The position numbers were made by a program, and so were the translations under genes. Source: Candidatus Daviesbacteria bacterium (GTDB lineage: Bacteria > Patescibacteriota > Microgenomatia > Daviesbacterales > UBA10151). From it: DNA of 64,000 nucleotides. Each line of letters begins with the position of its first letter. Position 1 is the stretch's first letter. Location: NCBI GenBank assembly GCA_016187035.1, contig JACPKL010000010.1, positions 94,616 through 158,615 of the forward strand, in the 5' to 3' direction. Below are positions 18,678 to 28,835 of this stretch, piece by piece. The notes under the pieces were generated by a model. It ran no database searches. It was not told where the DNA came from and saw only the letters and a program-made list of their open reading frames with translations.

Positions 18678-19352
18678 TCATTTAATTTCTTTTAAAAACT
18701 CCTCTGCCAGTTGGCCTGTGTTTGAGGCAGGAGAATAAAAGTTTTTCCAAACCACCACAATATCTGCATCATTAAAGATGGCTCTTTGCACCTCTCTGAT
18801 AGTATCTCCCCCAGCAATGGAGATCATGGTATTAAAACTACTTCTGATTTTATTAATCTGAAGATAAGGGATAGGTTTGTTTTTATCAAAAGCTTCCTCA
18901 TCAACACCTCTATGCAGTATTACAACATTAGGCATTTTTTTAAGTTTTCTGAAAACTTTAATCGGCTGTTCTACACCAATCATATCTACCATTGAATCCA
19001 AACCTAAATCCTCGCATGAAGAAATAAAGTAATTAATTGTTTCAATAGGGGCTGCTCCTAAAGCCGTAGCTGCGCTGGCTCTTCCACTTCGGGCAATCTC
19101 CACCTCTGTTTTACCCCTATCCATGCACTTGGTATCAGCCACAATATACACATCTGTCTCTGCTTGATATTGCCAAGCTTCTTTTAATCTCCTAATTCCG
19201 TCTACTCCATAGGCCTTAATCAGAGGAGTTCCAGCTTCAATAATAATCCTGTCTGAGGAGGGAAGTTGAGAAATGATTTCCTCCCCTTCTTCAGGTGTGC
19301 TATTCAAAGCAATTTGTAGATATTTCTTCTTTTTATCAAGTAAGGTAGGCAT
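18678..19352 (-). CDS. 3-hexulose-6-phosphate synthase / OMP-decarboxylase-like TIM barrel
   Basis: LQIAL, IIEAGTPLIKAYG, ADTKCMD (DxKxxD), VILHRGVDEE. Confidence 0.75.
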   Translation of the reverse strand: MPTLLDKKKKYLQIALNSTPEEGEEIISQLPSSDRIIIEAGTPLIKAYGVDGIRRLKEAWQYQAETDVYIVADTKCMDRGKTEVEIARSGRASAATALGAAPIETINYFISSCEDLGLDSMVDMIGVEQPIKVFRKLKKMPNVVILHRGVDEEAFDKNKPIPYLQINKIRSSFNTMISIAGGDTIREVQRAIFNDADIVVVWKNFYSPASNTGQLAEEFLKEIK

Positions 19353-19354
19353 AA

Positions 19355-21349
19355 CTATTTCTTTTGAAAATTCTGCAGATTTTCTTTGGCAATTGTCAAA
19401 TCAGGATCAATTTCCAAAGCTTTCTTAAATTCCACAATAGCCTCTGCAATATTTCCTTGTAATGCTAAGGTGTAGCCGAGATTATTATGTGCCAAGGCAT
19501 GTTGTGGGTCAAGCTGTAATGCTGCCTTTTGCTGACTCACTGCCTCTTTTAACATCCCTTTTGCTCTATATGTTTCTCCTAAATTAATATAAATTGTCGC
19601 TTGTTTAGGATCATATTTGAGGGCGTTCTTAAAAGCTTCTTCTGCTAAAGCAAACTGCTTGGTATTATTGTAGTAAACTAAACCCAAGTTTTCATAAATC
19701 CGAGCTTTTTCCACTACACTATCTGAGATATTTAAAGCTTTTTGATATGTTCGTATAGCCTCCTGAAAACGGCCTTCTAAAGTATACAATGTGGCTAGAT
19801 AATCCAATACATTTGCCTCTTTTGGATTAGCCTGTGCCACTCTTTCTAATCTCTCGATAGCTTCTTTCTCATCACCCTGTAAATATCTAATTTCTGAACT
19901 TAATATATAAGCATCCATACTTTTTGGATCTTTGTCCAAACTTTTGCCTATCGCAGTTCTTGCTTCTGGTAATTGATTTAGTTCTTTATGAGCTAGGGCC
20001 GCAAAATAATGAACATAAGATTTATCAATATCTTGTCGTTTGGCTTTTTGATAAGATTCAACAGCTTTTTGGTAATCACCATTTAGGGTATAAAGCCTAA
20101 CCAAGTAACCGTATACTAAACCGTATTTTGGATCTATTTTTAAAGCTTTGTGGCAATAACCTATCGCTTTTTCTATATCTTGTTTATTATAGTATCCCCA
20201 ACAGAGACTGGCATGAATTACTGGGATGTTTTCATTAATCTGAGCAGCTTTGTGATACATCTCAATAGCCTGATCAACTTTTTCTTGATCTATAAAATAA
20301 TGGCCATAAGTTGTATATGCAGGTAAGAATTTATCATCCTTTTTAAGCGCTTTTTGAATATAATTTAGAGCTTGATCAAATTTCTTTTGATCAAGGTAAT
20401 ATTGAGCATAAGCAATCCGAATAGAGGTATCTAAATTATTTAGTTTTATATAACTTGGAAAGTTATGTTGTAGTTGTTCATAGTAAGGAACAATTTTTAG
20501 TGTTTCTTTCAAAGGTATTTTTTGATTAAAGATACTTTCCTTTATAAAGAAGATACTATTAAACCGAGTAACAAGAAATGACTTGGCAAATATAATCACT
20601 CCAATAATAAAAATTATTGAGAATACCCGCCAAAAGGATGTTCCTAACCAGGTGGTCAGTACTGTAGGGGTAGTTGGTTGTGGCTTTTGTCCATTTCTAA
20701 TTTGATCTTTCTGATTAGACAATATTTCAATTTGTTTTAGGTATACTTCTTCAGCTTTTAATACAGCTGATATATGTTCCAAAGGATAATTTTTACCTTT
20801 TTCCTTAGCTTTGCTAGCAATAAAAACCCTCAGATCCTGTTCATCAATCTCGATAGGTTGTTTTGTCTTTATCTCGCCAACATTTTTAACTAAACCAATT
20901 TTTTGTTGATACTCAAATTCCAGATCTAAAATGAGATTGATATCATCTTTTTTAAGAGTAGACTGGAGATTGAGTGGAAGATGTTGATATGTAACTGAAG
21001 CTACCTGATCTGGATCATAAATTGGCAGGCGAGATTTAAGGAGTCTTTCATATAAAAAACTAAGCGGGATAGCGATTATGACTAAACTTATAAACAGTCC
21101 GACAATAACAGATCTGTTATAACCCCAGTCGGTAGCTATCTGAAAGGAAAGACTGCCTATAAGAGCAAAAATAATAAAATACATCAAACCCCAAACGACC
21201 GCCCAAACTCCTTCTTTTAAAGAGGCATCTGCAGAATATAGCCTTCTTTTAAAAACTCCAATTAAATTCTGAAAAGCAATCACCCATATTAATAGCGTCC
21301 CTAAAGCAAATAGAATCAATCTACCATTTATATCGACTAAGCCAGTCAT
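19355..21349 (-). CDS. Membrane-anchored tetratricopeptide repeat protein
   Basis: N-terminal TMs followed by many TPRs (AHNNLGYTLALQGNIAEAIVEFKKALEIDP). Confidence 0.85.
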   Translation of the reverse strand: MTGLVDINGRLILFALGTLLIWVIAFQNLIGVFKRRLYSADASLKEGVWAVVWGLMYFIIFALIGSLSFQIATDWGYNRSVIVGLFISLVIIAIPLSFLYERLLKSRLPIYDPDQVASVTYQHLPLNLQSTLKKDDINLILDLEFEYQQKIGLVKNVGEIKTKQPIEIDEQDLRVFIASKAKEKGKNYPLEHISAVLKAEEVYLKQIEILSNQKDQIRNGQKPQPTTPTVLTTWLGTSFWRVFSIIFIIGVIIFAKSFLVTRFNSIFFIKESIFNQKIPLKETLKIVPYYEQLQHNFPSYIKLNNLDTSIRIAYAQYYLDQKKFDQALNYIQKALKKDDKFLPAYTTYGHYFIDQEKVDQAIEMYHKAAQINENIPVIHASLCWGYYNKQDIEKAIGYCHKALKIDPKYGLVYGYLVRLYTLNGDYQKAVESYQKAKRQDIDKSYVHYFAALAHKELNQLPEARTAIGKSLDKDPKSMDAYILSSEIRYLQGDEKEAIERLERVAQANPKEANVLDYLATLYTLEGRFQEAIRTYQKALNISDSVVEKARIYENLGLVYYNNTKQFALAEEAFKNALKYDPKQATIYINLGETYRAKGMLKEAVSQQKAALQLDPQHALAHNNLGYTLALQGNIAEAIVEFKKALEIDPDLTIAKENLQNFQKK

Positions 21350-23286
21350 AAATATTGGTTTGTTTCTTCTTTGGAAAAAAAGGGCAGAATAGTTAAAAAT
21401 CCTGCTGACATGAAGCTGACTATAGAGATACTACCAAAGACTAAAAGCACCATATTGGCATATTTGCCTTTGATAAAGCTGACCAGTCCTTCCAGACTCT
21501 CCCCTTTATCAATAGCTTGTTCAGATACACTAATCAATTCTTTAACAGTGGGGTGACTGGGACTTTGAGACTCCACTTTCTTAAAATATTTCAAAGCAGA
21601 GCGATAATATTGACTTCTATACTCAGTTAGACCTTTCCTCCAATCAGTGCTCAGACTACCCAGCTTATTTTCTATCTTGTTTTTAGCCATTAAATCTTTA
21701 AGTTCTGCCACATCTCTTAAAAAATTAAAATTGCCGCTTTTACTCTCAGCCATAAATGTAGCTATTCCGATTACTTGACCTGTTGAGTTAAAGCCAGGTC
21801 CACCACTATTACCGTGGTCTATTGACGCATCTGTTTGTAAAACTGTTTTACCTGTTAAATCCTTTTTAACAGCACTGATAATGCCTCTGGTGATAGTAGG
21901 TTTGGTGGAGGTTTGATAACTGATTGCTGCCTTGGGATCTTGTTCACCCTCTACCAAAGTAGGATAGCCTGCTACCACTACCTCTGAGCCTTCTCTTAAA
22001 CCTTCTATACTGCCTAACTTAAGCGCAGGAAAAGGATTTGCAGCAGTTTTAATCCGCAGTAAGGCTACATCCGCTCCTTTGCGGTAGTTTTTATTAACAA
22101 CAGCTTCATATGAGTATATATTAGGATAATTGAAGTCTATCAGGCTTGCAACATAGGTAGTTGAGGAAGGTATCACAGCTTTAGTATAATCTCCTTCAGA
22201 CATTTTTTGAGAATCAATTTGGACAGGTTCATTTCCTACATTCACAAAGTATTTTTCCTGATTTGTGACCACAGATAATTTCTTTTTACCAATCAGGTCA
22301 AAAATTTCTGTTAAAAATCTGTCCAAATATTGCGGATTCATGCTTAAATCCCGGTGAATTTGCTCAATCTGAGCTGAAGTAGGGGTTTGTCCTTTGGATA
22401 AGTAAATACCTCTGATCAGATCTGTACTGAAATCTCTGCTACCAGCCTGCAGTAGATTGGTAACTAAACTTTCCTCAGGATAAATCCTCGCCACATGACC
22501 ATTGGTAGCCACTACTCCTTGCTCATTAATAATAAAACCAGAACCTTTAGTAAGAGAGCAAAAATTATATTTTGGCTTTGACAACACTGATGAGGCAGGC
22601 TCCAGATTCACTATATCCAGACAATAAACATAAACAATATTGACAATTGAAGGCCTGACCAGATCAACTAATTCCACTGTGCTTAAATTGTCTTGCGAAC
22701 TGGCTATTCCCTTAACTTTTGGTGTAAAAGAGAGGCTTGATAATAAATTATCTAAAAAAGCATTGCTATCACCTATATTCGGAGCTCTTTTTTCCAAAAT
22801 TAAAAATTTACTGCCATCTTTGACAATCTGTTTATAAAAATAAATATCCTTCCCCAAAACTTCCTCTTTATAAGTCAAGAGCTGGGCTGATTTGCCCTGA
22901 AACTGAGAAACTTCAGCCTTAACTGGAGTCGATCCTTTCATAATCTCCTGAGTCAAACCATCAAGATCCTGATCACTCTCACCTTCAACAATATCCAGCC
23001 TGGCAAAACCATACTCCTGATTTAAATCAAACCTAACCCTATTACCTAAGTGTTGGGACACCCAAAGTCTGTTATCATAAGAAAGGCTGTACAAACCTCT
23101 AGAAGAGGTGAATTCCCTAATATTTCCAGGAGTTGGTGATGGACGGGAAGATGCTGCTTTGGAAAAATAAGTCTGGGGACGCTGTACCAAAATCATCCCA
23201 TCTATCACTGCACTCAATATCCCAATTGACAGAAAGAAAGATATCAAAATTTTCCGATTTTCTTTTATAAAAAATATCACTATCAA
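21346..23286 (-). CDS. Membrane-anchored trypsin-like (S1C) serine protease
   Basis: GSGFII, ATNGHV, DVALL, QTDASIDHGNSGGP; TM at both ends. Confidence 0.9.
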   Translation of the reverse strand: MIVIFFIKENRKILISFFLSIGILSAVIDGMILVQRPQTYFSKAASSRPSPTPGNIREFTSSRGLYSLSYDNRLWVSQHLGNRVRFDLNQEYGFARLDIVEGESDQDLDGLTQEIMKGSTPVKAEVSQFQGKSAQLLTYKEEVLGKDIYFYKQIVKDGSKFLILEKRAPNIGDSNAFLDNLLSSLSFTPKVKGIASSQDNLSTVELVDLVRPSIVNIVYVYCLDIVNLEPASSVLSKPKYNFCSLTKGSGFIINEQGVVATNGHVARIYPEESLVTNLLQAGSRDFSTDLIRGIYLSKGQTPTSAQIEQIHRDLSMNPQYLDRFLTEIFDLIGKKKLSVVTNQEKYFVNVGNEPVQIDSQKMSEGDYTKAVIPSSTTYVASLIDFNYPNIYSYEAVVNKNYRKGADVALLRIKTAANPFPALKLGSIEGLREGSEVVVAGYPTLVEGEQDPKAAISYQTSTKPTITRGIISAVKKDLTGKTVLQTDASIDHGNSGGPGFNSTGQVIGIATFMAESKSGNFNFLRDVAELKDLMAKNKIENKLGSLSTDWRKGLTEYRSQYYRSALKYFKKVESQSPSHPTVKELISVSEQAIDKGESLEGLVSFIKGKYANMVLLVFGSISIVSFMSAGFLTILPFFSKEETNQYL

Positions 23287-23304
23287 TAGTTTATCACAGA
23301 AGAT

Positions 23305-24219
23305 TTAAAACCAGCTCTTTTTCTTTGAAGATAAATTATATAACTCTTCATAAAGCTGTTTTTCTTGTTTGGATGGGTTTTTAGGAATCTGTAGGTTCAC
23401 TCTGACATAATGATCCCCCTGCCCTGAAGATCCCAAGCGTGCTATACCCTTACCTTTAAGCTTAACCAAAGAACCAGGCTGGGTACCTGGAGGCACTTTA
23501 ACTTTAACCTTGCCAGAAACAGTCTCTACTTCAAACACATCCCCTAAAACCAGCTGGGGAATGTTAACAGTAATTTCTGAAAAGACATCTGCTCCTTCTC
23601 TTAAAAACTGGGGATGGCGGCTAACTTGAAAAATAATATCCAGATCACCAAATCTCATCTTAGTACCGTTATCAACACCGGCTGGAACTTTAATCTTCAT
23701 TCTCTGCCGTGTTAATCTGCCTTGCTGATTTCTTTCTTCTATTTCAATCTCTTTTGTTACCCCATTTGCAGCCTCATTAAAGGTGATGTTTAACTGGTAA
23801 GTCGGACGTCTTCTAAAGGTTTGGCCGAAAGGGGAGCCTCCTCCAAAAATTTGTTCAAATAAATCAAACGGGTCTTCAAAACCTCCAAAATCAAACTGGA
23901 CATTAGGCCCGCCCTGAGCGGAGCCGAAGGGATTTCCTCCTGTATTTGACCAGGAGTATGTGCTAAAACCACCTTGATTACCAAAACCTCCAAAAGGAGT
24001 AGGACCAGCATGGCCAAATTGATCGTAGGATTTTCTCTTTTGAGCATCTGACAAAACCTGGTAAGCTTCAGAGATTTCTTTAAATTTCTCGGAAGCATCA
24101 GCAGTTTTATCTACATCAGGATGATGTTTTCTGGCAAGTCTTCTGTATGCAGACTTAATTTCGCTATCTGAGGCAGATTTGCCAATACCCAAAACCTCGT
24201 AGTAATCTCGTTTTGCCAT
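23305..24219 (-). CDS. dnaJ: DnaJ-class chaperone without zinc finger (class B)
   Basis: J domain with HPD, G/F linker, C-terminal domain; in the dnaK cluster. Confidence 0.9.
   Translation of the reverse strand: MAKRDYYEVLGIGKSASDSEIKSAYRRLARKHHPDVDKTADASEKFKEISEAYQVLSDAQKRKSYDQFGHAGPTPFGGFGNQGGFSTYSWSNTGGNPFGSAQGGPNVQFDFGGFEDPFDLFEQIFGGGSPFGQTFRRRPTYQLNITFNEAANGVTKEIEIEERNQQGRLTRQRMKIKVPAGVDNGTKMRFGDLDIIFQVSRHPQFLREGADVFSEITVNIPQLVLGDVFEVETVSGKVKVKVPPGTQPGSLVKLKGKGIARLGSSGQGDHYVRVNLQIPKNPSKQEKQLYEELYNLSSKKKSWF
23908..23931. repeat. In-frame CCCTGAGC..CGAAGGG palindromic element in dnaJ (PFGSAQGG)
   Basis: CCCGCCCTGAGCGGAGCCGAAGGG, 24 bp; same start as the grpE element on the opposite strand. 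Confidence 0.75.
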
Positions 24220-24227
24220 ATTTTCTT

Positions 24228-24258
24228 TGTCATCCCCAACTTGATTGGGGATCCATAT
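24228..24258 (+). repeat. GTCAT-tagged REP-like palindrome
   Basis: TGTCATCCCCAACTTGATTGGGGATCCATAT; direct repeat of 24827-24856. Confidence 0.9.
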
Positions 24259-24261
24259 AGA

Positions 24262-24816
24262 TTATTGCTTAATAGCTTTTAAAACTATATGAATTCTACC
24301 TTGTGCAACTATTGTACTGTTTCCGAAATATTTCTGAAATATTCTCTCAATGACTGGTTTAATATGATTTTGTACCACTAAATAAACTTCACCATTTTCT
24401 TTTAAGTGTCTATGGCATTCGCTAACCAGCTCTTCTAAAAATTCATTTCCCATGTCTTGAGGAGGATTACAATAAATTTGATGATAAGTTCGCTCTTGAA
24501 CGGATGAAAAAAGGTCACTTAAATAAACTTCAACGTTTTTAAAATTATTTGAAGTTGCATTCTCTTTTGCCAATTCTATAACTCTTAAACTATCATCCAA
24601 TAAATGAACATGACCTTTTGGATTTAATTTCGCAGCTACAAAACCAATTACCCCAGTACCGCAACCTAAATCTACCACTAAACTACCGTTGGGAATCTCC
24701 AAGTTATCTATCAAGAGTTTGGTTCCTAAATCCAAGCCCTTCTCAGAAAACACTCCTGGTCTAGTTTTAAATTTGATTTCAAACCCCCTTATATATTCGG
24801 TAATTATGTTATTCAT
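24262..24816 (-). CDS. Small class I SAM methyltransferase (MTS / RsmC-like)
   Basis: PGVFS...LDLGTKLL, DLGCGTG, NPP. Confidence 0.88.
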   Translation of the reverse strand: MNNIITEYIRGFEIKFKTRPGVFSEKGLDLGTKLLIDNLEIPNGSLVVDLGCGTGVIGFVAAKLNPKGHVHLLDDSLRVIELAKENATSNNFKNVEVYLSDLFSSVQERTYHQIYCNPPQDMGNEFLEELVSECHRHLKENGEVYLVVQNHIKPVIERIFQKYFGNSTIVAQGRIHIVLKAIKQ

Positions 24817-24826
24817 AAATCTCTTT

Positions 24827-24856
24827 TGTCATCCCCAATCTAATCGGGATCCATAT
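24827..24856 (+). repeat. GTCAT-tagged REP-like palindrome (left end of GIY-YIG unit)
   Basis: TGTCATCCCCAATCTAATCGGGATCCATAT. Confidence 0.85.
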
Positions 24857-25140
24857 TATACGATTTTTGAATATAAATCTTTCCATTTTGGATTATTTTT
24901 TTCTATTAGTTCTATTTTCCATTGTCTATTCCATTGCTTGAGTCTTTTCTCTCTTAATATTGCTTGATTACTATCTTCATAAAGTTCAAAGTAAACCAAA
25001 TTATGGATCTGGTATTTACTTGTAAAACCCTCTACTAAATCATTTTTATGTTCGTAAATTCGTCTTATTAAATTATCAGTTACCCCAATATATAGTGTTC
25101 CATTTCTTCTACTTGCGAGTATATAAACGAAGTATTGCAT
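24856..25140 (-). CDS. Stand-alone GIY-YIG nuclease family protein
   Basis: YFVYILAS..NGTLYIGVT..L.RR..EHK, FT.KY, AI.REK.LK.W.R.WK..LIE..NP.W.DL. Confidence 0.93.
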   Translation of the reverse strand: MQYFVYILASRRNGTLYIGVTDNLIRRIYEHKNDLVEGFTSKYQIHNLVYFELYEDSNQAILREKRLKQWNRQWKIELIEKNNPKWKDLYSKIV

Positions 25141-25144
25141 TTAT

Positions 25145-25170
25145 AGATTCCCGCTTTCGCGGGAATGACA
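25145..25170 (-). repeat. GTCAT-tagged REP-like palindrome (right end of GIY-YIG unit, inverted)
   Basis: Minus strand TGTCATTCCCGCGAAAGCGGGAATCT. Confidence 0.9.
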
Positions 25171-25178
25171 AATTGGAG

Positions 25179-27098
25179 TTATTCTTTTTTGTCTTCTTCT
25201 ACCACTTCACCTTCCACAGCCTCCTCAGTTTTGGGAGCTGCTTCCTCTTTGGGTTGCTCATCTGTTGGTTGTTCTGCTCCTGGCTGAGGTCCAGGCTGTC
25301 CACTTGGCTGTTGATACATAGCAGCTCCTACTTTTTGGGCTGACTCAGCCAAAGCGTCTGCTTTGGTTTTAATATCCTCTGTTGAACCAGATTTTAGGGC
25401 TTCTTTCAGCTCATTTATTTTTTGCTCAACTTCAGTCCTGACTTCAGCCGATACTTTATCCGAAGCATCCTTTAAAGTCCGCTCAGTTGAATAAACCAGG
25501 CTGTCAGCAGTGTTTTTTACCTCAATTCCCTCTTTTCTCTTTTTATCCTCCTCAGCATGAGCTTCTGCTTCCTTTGTCATTTTCTCTACTTCATCTTTGG
25601 ACAAACCTGTGGAACCGGTAATAGTAATTTTTTGTTCTTTGTTGGTAGCTTTATCTTTGGCTGAAACATTTAAAATGCCATTAGCGTCAATATCAAAGGT
25701 AACTTCAACTTGTGGCACACCCCTGGGAGCAGGAGGAATTCCGTCCAAAACAAACCTGCCTAAAGATTTATTATCAGCTGCCATCTCCCTTTCACCTTGT
25801 AATACATTAATTTCTACAGCCGGCTGGTTATCTGCAGCTGTTGAAAATACCTCAGATTTTGAAGTAGGAATAGTAGTATTTCTTGGGATTAATGGCGTCC
25901 TTACTCCACCTAAGGTTTCTATACCTAAAGTCAGGGGAGTCACATCTAAAAGCAGCACGTCTTTAACTTCTCCTCCCAACACTCCACCCTGGATAGCAGC
26001 TCCCACAGCTACCACTTCATCGGGGTTAATCCCTTTGTGCGGTTCTTTGCCAAAAAAGTCTTGGACCGACCTTTGACAGAGGGGCATCCTGGTCATTCCA
26101 CCCACCAGCACTACTTCATCAACATCTTTTGCTTCTATCTTGGCATCTTTTAAGGCAGCTTTAACAGCATCAAAGGTCTTGTCAATTAAAGGTTTAACCA
26201 TAGCTTCAAGTTTTGCTCTTGACAGCTTCATCTCCAAATGCTTGGGGCCAGAGGCATCAGCTGTGATAAAGGGAATGGAGATTGCTGCCTCCTGGGTTGA
26301 GGACAATTCAATTTTCGCTTTTTCTGCAGCATCCCTTAACCTTTGCAAAGCCTGTCTGTCGCCTTTAAGATCAATTCCCTGCTCTTTTTTAAATTCTTCT
26401 GCTAACCAGTCCAAAATCACCTGGTCAAAATCATCTCCACCCAAATGAGTATCACCATTAGTTGATTTAACCTCAAATACACCGTCTCCCAACTCAAGGA
26501 TGGAGATATCAAAAGTTCCGCCACCTAAATCATAAACAGCAATGGTATGTGCGTGAGCTTTATCCAAACCATAAGCCAAAGCAGCAGCAGTCGGCTCATT
26601 AATAATCCTTTGAACATTTAACCCGGCTATTTCACCAGCTTGTTTGGTGGCTTGCCTTTGGGCGTCATCAAAATAGGCCGGAACTGTGATAACTGCATCT
26701 GTCACTTTCTCACCCAAATAGCCTTCAGCATCTGCTTTAATCTTTTGTAAAATCTGGGCAGAAATTTCCTGGGGGGTATACTCATGGCCTTCTACTTCCA
26801 CAACAGCCATACCTTCCCTGCCTTCTTTGATAGTGTAAGGAAGCCATTTAATATCTCTTTGCACTTCAGGATCTTTAAACTTTCTGCCCATTAACCTCTT
26901 GATAGAAAAGATGGTTTCTTTAGGGTTTACTACAGCCTGTCTTTTGGCTACCCTGCCAACAATGTTTTTAATAGGATTAACAACAGAAGGGATAATATTT
27001 TCCCCCTCAGCACTATGAATAACTTTGGGCTTACCACCTTCCATTACAGCCACGGCAGAATTGGTTGTTCCTAAATCAATGCCTACAATTTTGCTCAT
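25179..27098 (-). CDS. dnaK: Chaperone DnaK (Hsp70)
   Basis: [36 protein letters not shown]. Confidence 0.99.
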   Translation of the reverse strand: MSKIVGIDLGTTNSAVAVMEGGKPKVIHSAEGENIIPSVVNPIKNIVGRVAKRQAVVNPKETIFSIKRLMGRKFKDPEVQRDIKWLPYTIKEGREGMAVVEVEGHEYTPQEISAQILQKIKADAEGYLGEKVTDAVITVPAYFDDAQRQATKQAGEIAGLNVQRIINEPTAAALAYGLDKAHAHTIAVYDLGGGTFDISILELGDGVFEVKSTNGDTHLGGDDFDQVILDWLAEEFKKEQGIDLKGDRQALQRLRDAAEKAKIELSSTQEAAISIPFITADASGPKHLEMKLSRAKLEAMVKPLIDKTFDAVKAALKDAKIEAKDVDEVVLVGGMTRMPLCQRSVQDFFGKEPHKGINPDEVVAVGAAIQGGVLGGEVKDVLLLDVTPLTLGIETLGGVRTPLIPRNTTIPTSKSEVFSTAADNQPAVEINVLQGEREMAADNKSLGRFVLDGIPPAPRGVPQVEVTFDIDANGILNVSAKDKATNKEQKITITGSTGLSKDEVEKMTKEAEAHAEEDKKRKEGIEVKNTADSLVYSTERTLKDASDKVSAEVRTEVEQKINELKEALKSGSTEDIKTKADALAESAQKVGAAMYQQPSGQPGPQPGAEQPTDEQPKEEAAPKTEEAVEGEVVEEDKKE

Positions 27099-27649
27099 AT
27101 TGCCTCCTTAATAGATCCTTCGGCTCGTCCGCCTTCGGCGAGACTTCGCTCAGGATGATCGTTTGACTTTCGTCCCACGATCACCTGAGCAGGCCTAATT
27201 ACCTTATCATTTAAAGTATAACCTTTTCTGACTACTTTTAATATTTTATTATCATCCCCCTCTGCTGTGTCAACTGCTTCATGAAGGGCAGGATCAAATA
27301 CTCCGTCTGCAGGTATCTGATCCAACCCCTCCTGAGCTAATACCTGATTAAACTCTTTTACTGCCAGCTCTACCCCCTTAAACCACCCATTCAACTCGCT
27401 TCGCTCGCTCAGGGCGGGACCGCTCTGCTTATCTTGCTCTGATATCCCTGTTAAAGCTTGCTCCAAATGATCTAGAACAGGCAGCAATCTTTTAACCAAT
27501 TCCGCTCCCACAAAACTAGTTAATTCAGATCTACCCTGACTAACCCTTGATTCCAAATTCCTGTAATCAGCCACTGCTCTTTTCAACTGAGAATCTAACT
27601 CAGCAATTTTTTGTTCTAATTCTTTAACTTTGTCTTGTTTTTTTGCCAT
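27095..27649 (-). CDS. grpE: Nucleotide exchange factor GrpE carrying two repeat-derived insertions
   Basis: [38 protein letters not shown]. Confidence 0.95.
   Translation of the reverse strand: MAKKQDKVKELEQKIAELDSQLKRAVADYRNLESRVSQGRSELTSFVGAELVKRLLPVLDHLEQALTGISEQDKQSGPALSERSELNGWFKGVELAVKEFNQVLAQEGLDQIPADGVFDPALHEAVDTAEGDDNKILKVVRKGYTLNDKVIRPAQVIVGRKSNDHPERSLAEGGRAEGSIKEAI
27113..27159 (-). repeat. In-frame (G/A)TCATCCTGAGCG..CGAAGGATCT element forming the GrpE C-terminal tail
   Basis: Minus strand ATCATCCTGAGCGAAGTCTCGCCGAAGGCGGACGAGCCGAAGGATCT; encodes [15 protein letters not shown]. Confidence 0.8.
27386..27418 (-). repeat. In-frame CCCTGAGC-family element inside grpE ([11 protein letters not shown])
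   Basis: Minus strand CCCGCCCTGAGCGAGCGAAGCGAGTTGAATGGG, 33 bp. Confidence 0.8.
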
Positions 27650-27650
27650 A

Positions 27651-28382
27651 TTAACTCCTTAACATTACCTCAGTCACCAAATCCCTGATATATTTAACAT
27701 AAGGCAAAACCAAAGCAAAATTCATCCTGGCAGGACCAACTACTCCTAATACACCAGATTTATCAGCAAGTCCAGAATATCTAGTAAACACAAATCCTGT
27801 TGGCTTCAAGTTCTCAAATTCCATATCCTCTCCAAACAAAATATGGATTGGATCGCTGCCTGTAGCCCGACCGATAATCTCTTGTAACCTTGGGTTCTCA
27901 TCAAATAAACCTAACACAAAACGAGTCACATCAATATCGTAAAACTCAGGCCAATCCAAAATATTGGCTGCTCCTGCCCAGTAGAGTTGACTCTCGTCAT
28001 CTATGGCCAACCCTAGCATATCACACTTTTGCGCTAGAGTAGAGACTGCTTCCTTCAGTAATCTTTCTCTTTTATACCTTTCCTGCCATAGCTTTTCTTT
28101 AATAGAGACCTCAGCTGTGATAGGTAAAGTCTTTTCCTTCATCAGCTCAGCAACATATAATCTAAAACCCATGGAGGTTGGTATCCTGCCTGCGCTGGTA
28201 TGCGGTTGTCTTAAAAACCCTGCCTCAGTTAATTTCACCATCTCAATCCTGATGGTAGCAGGGGAGACTCCCAAATCATACTTCCTTTCAATTATCTCAG
28301 AACCAACAGGTTCTGCACCCTCAATATATTCTTCAACAATTGCTTTTAAAAGCGCTTTTTGTCTGTCAGTCAAATCTGTCAT
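27651..28382 (-). CDS. hrcA: Heat-inducible transcription repressor HrcA (short form)
   Basis: EPVGS, SPATIR, QPHTSAGRIPT, GVVGPARM. Confidence 0.95.
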   Translation of the reverse strand: MTDLTDRQKALLKAIVEEYIEGAEPVGSEIIERKYDLGVSPATIRIEMVKLTEAGFLRQPHTSAGRIPTSMGFRLYVAELMKEKTLPITAEVSIKEKLWQERYKRERLLKEAVSTLAQKCDMLGLAIDDESQLYWAGAANILDWPEFYDIDVTRFVLGLFDENPRLQEIIGRATGSDPIHILFGEDMEFENLKPTGFVFTRYSGLADKSGVLGVVGPARMNFALVLPYVKYIRDLVTEVMLRS

Positions 28383-28385
28383 AGA

Positions 28386-28412
28386 TTAGCACTAATCTAT
28401 CATGACTGCTAA
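28386..28412. promoter_or_regulatory. CIRCE operator overlapping the hrcA promoter
   Basis: TTAGCACTA-N9-GACTGCTAA versus consensus TTAGCACTC-N9-GAGTGCTAA; on the minus strand TTGACA-17bp-TAGATT spans it. Confidence 0.9.
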
Positions 28413-28452
28413 TATCTGTCAATACTTCAATTTTATTCAGTATTAACCTATT

Positions 28453-28674
28453 ATGAGTGCAATTGATATGACTCACATTTATGGTAATAAAGCTTATAAA
28501 GGTAAGTGGGTGGCTATGAAAAAGTATGAGCCTAATCCAAAGGTTATAGCCTCAGCTGAGACACTTGATGAGGTGCTTAAGAAAGCAAAGGAAAAGGGTT
28601 ATGATCTGCCTTGGATAACCCGTATTCCAGAAAAAATCCTTCCTATGGTTGGTCCATATACCTCGATTAAATGA
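28453..28674 (+). CDS. DUF5678-like small protein
   Basis: YKGKWVAM....KVIASAETLDEVLKKAKEKGY..P pattern. Confidence 0.7.
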   Translation: MSAIDMTHIYGNKAYKGKWVAMKKYEPNPKVIASAETLDEVLKKAKEKGYDLPWITRIPEKILPMVGPYTSIK

Positions 28675-28766
28675 CTTTTACTTATCAGGATATTAGTCCT
28701 CAAATTATTAGACCAATCATTCCACCTGAAATATGTGTACCAATTTACTGTACGATCGTACAGTAA
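28671..28766 (+). pseudogene. Truncated 5' end of a retropepsin-like protease gene, ending inside an ACGATCGT palindrome
   Basis: ATGA overlap with the upstream gene; MTFTYQDISPQIIRPIIP then repeat-derived VPIYCTIVQ*. Confidence 0.55.
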
Positions 28767-28809
28767 AATGGTATGGACATACATATATACGATCGTATCA
28801 ATGTATGGG
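28737..28809. repeat. Two tandem 32-bp CCA-N9-ACGATCGT-N9-TG(G/T) palindromes
   Basis: CCAATTTACTGTACGATCGTACAGTAAAATGG and ACATACATATATACGATCGTATCAATGTATGG. Confidence 0.9.
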
Positions 28810-28835
28810 ATAGATTTCTGTGTTATGATTAATTT

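Noticed and set aside
28737-28809. Possible mini CRISPR array
   Set aside because: Two adjacent divergent palindromes with no spacer-length unique sequence between them; no cas genes in the window.
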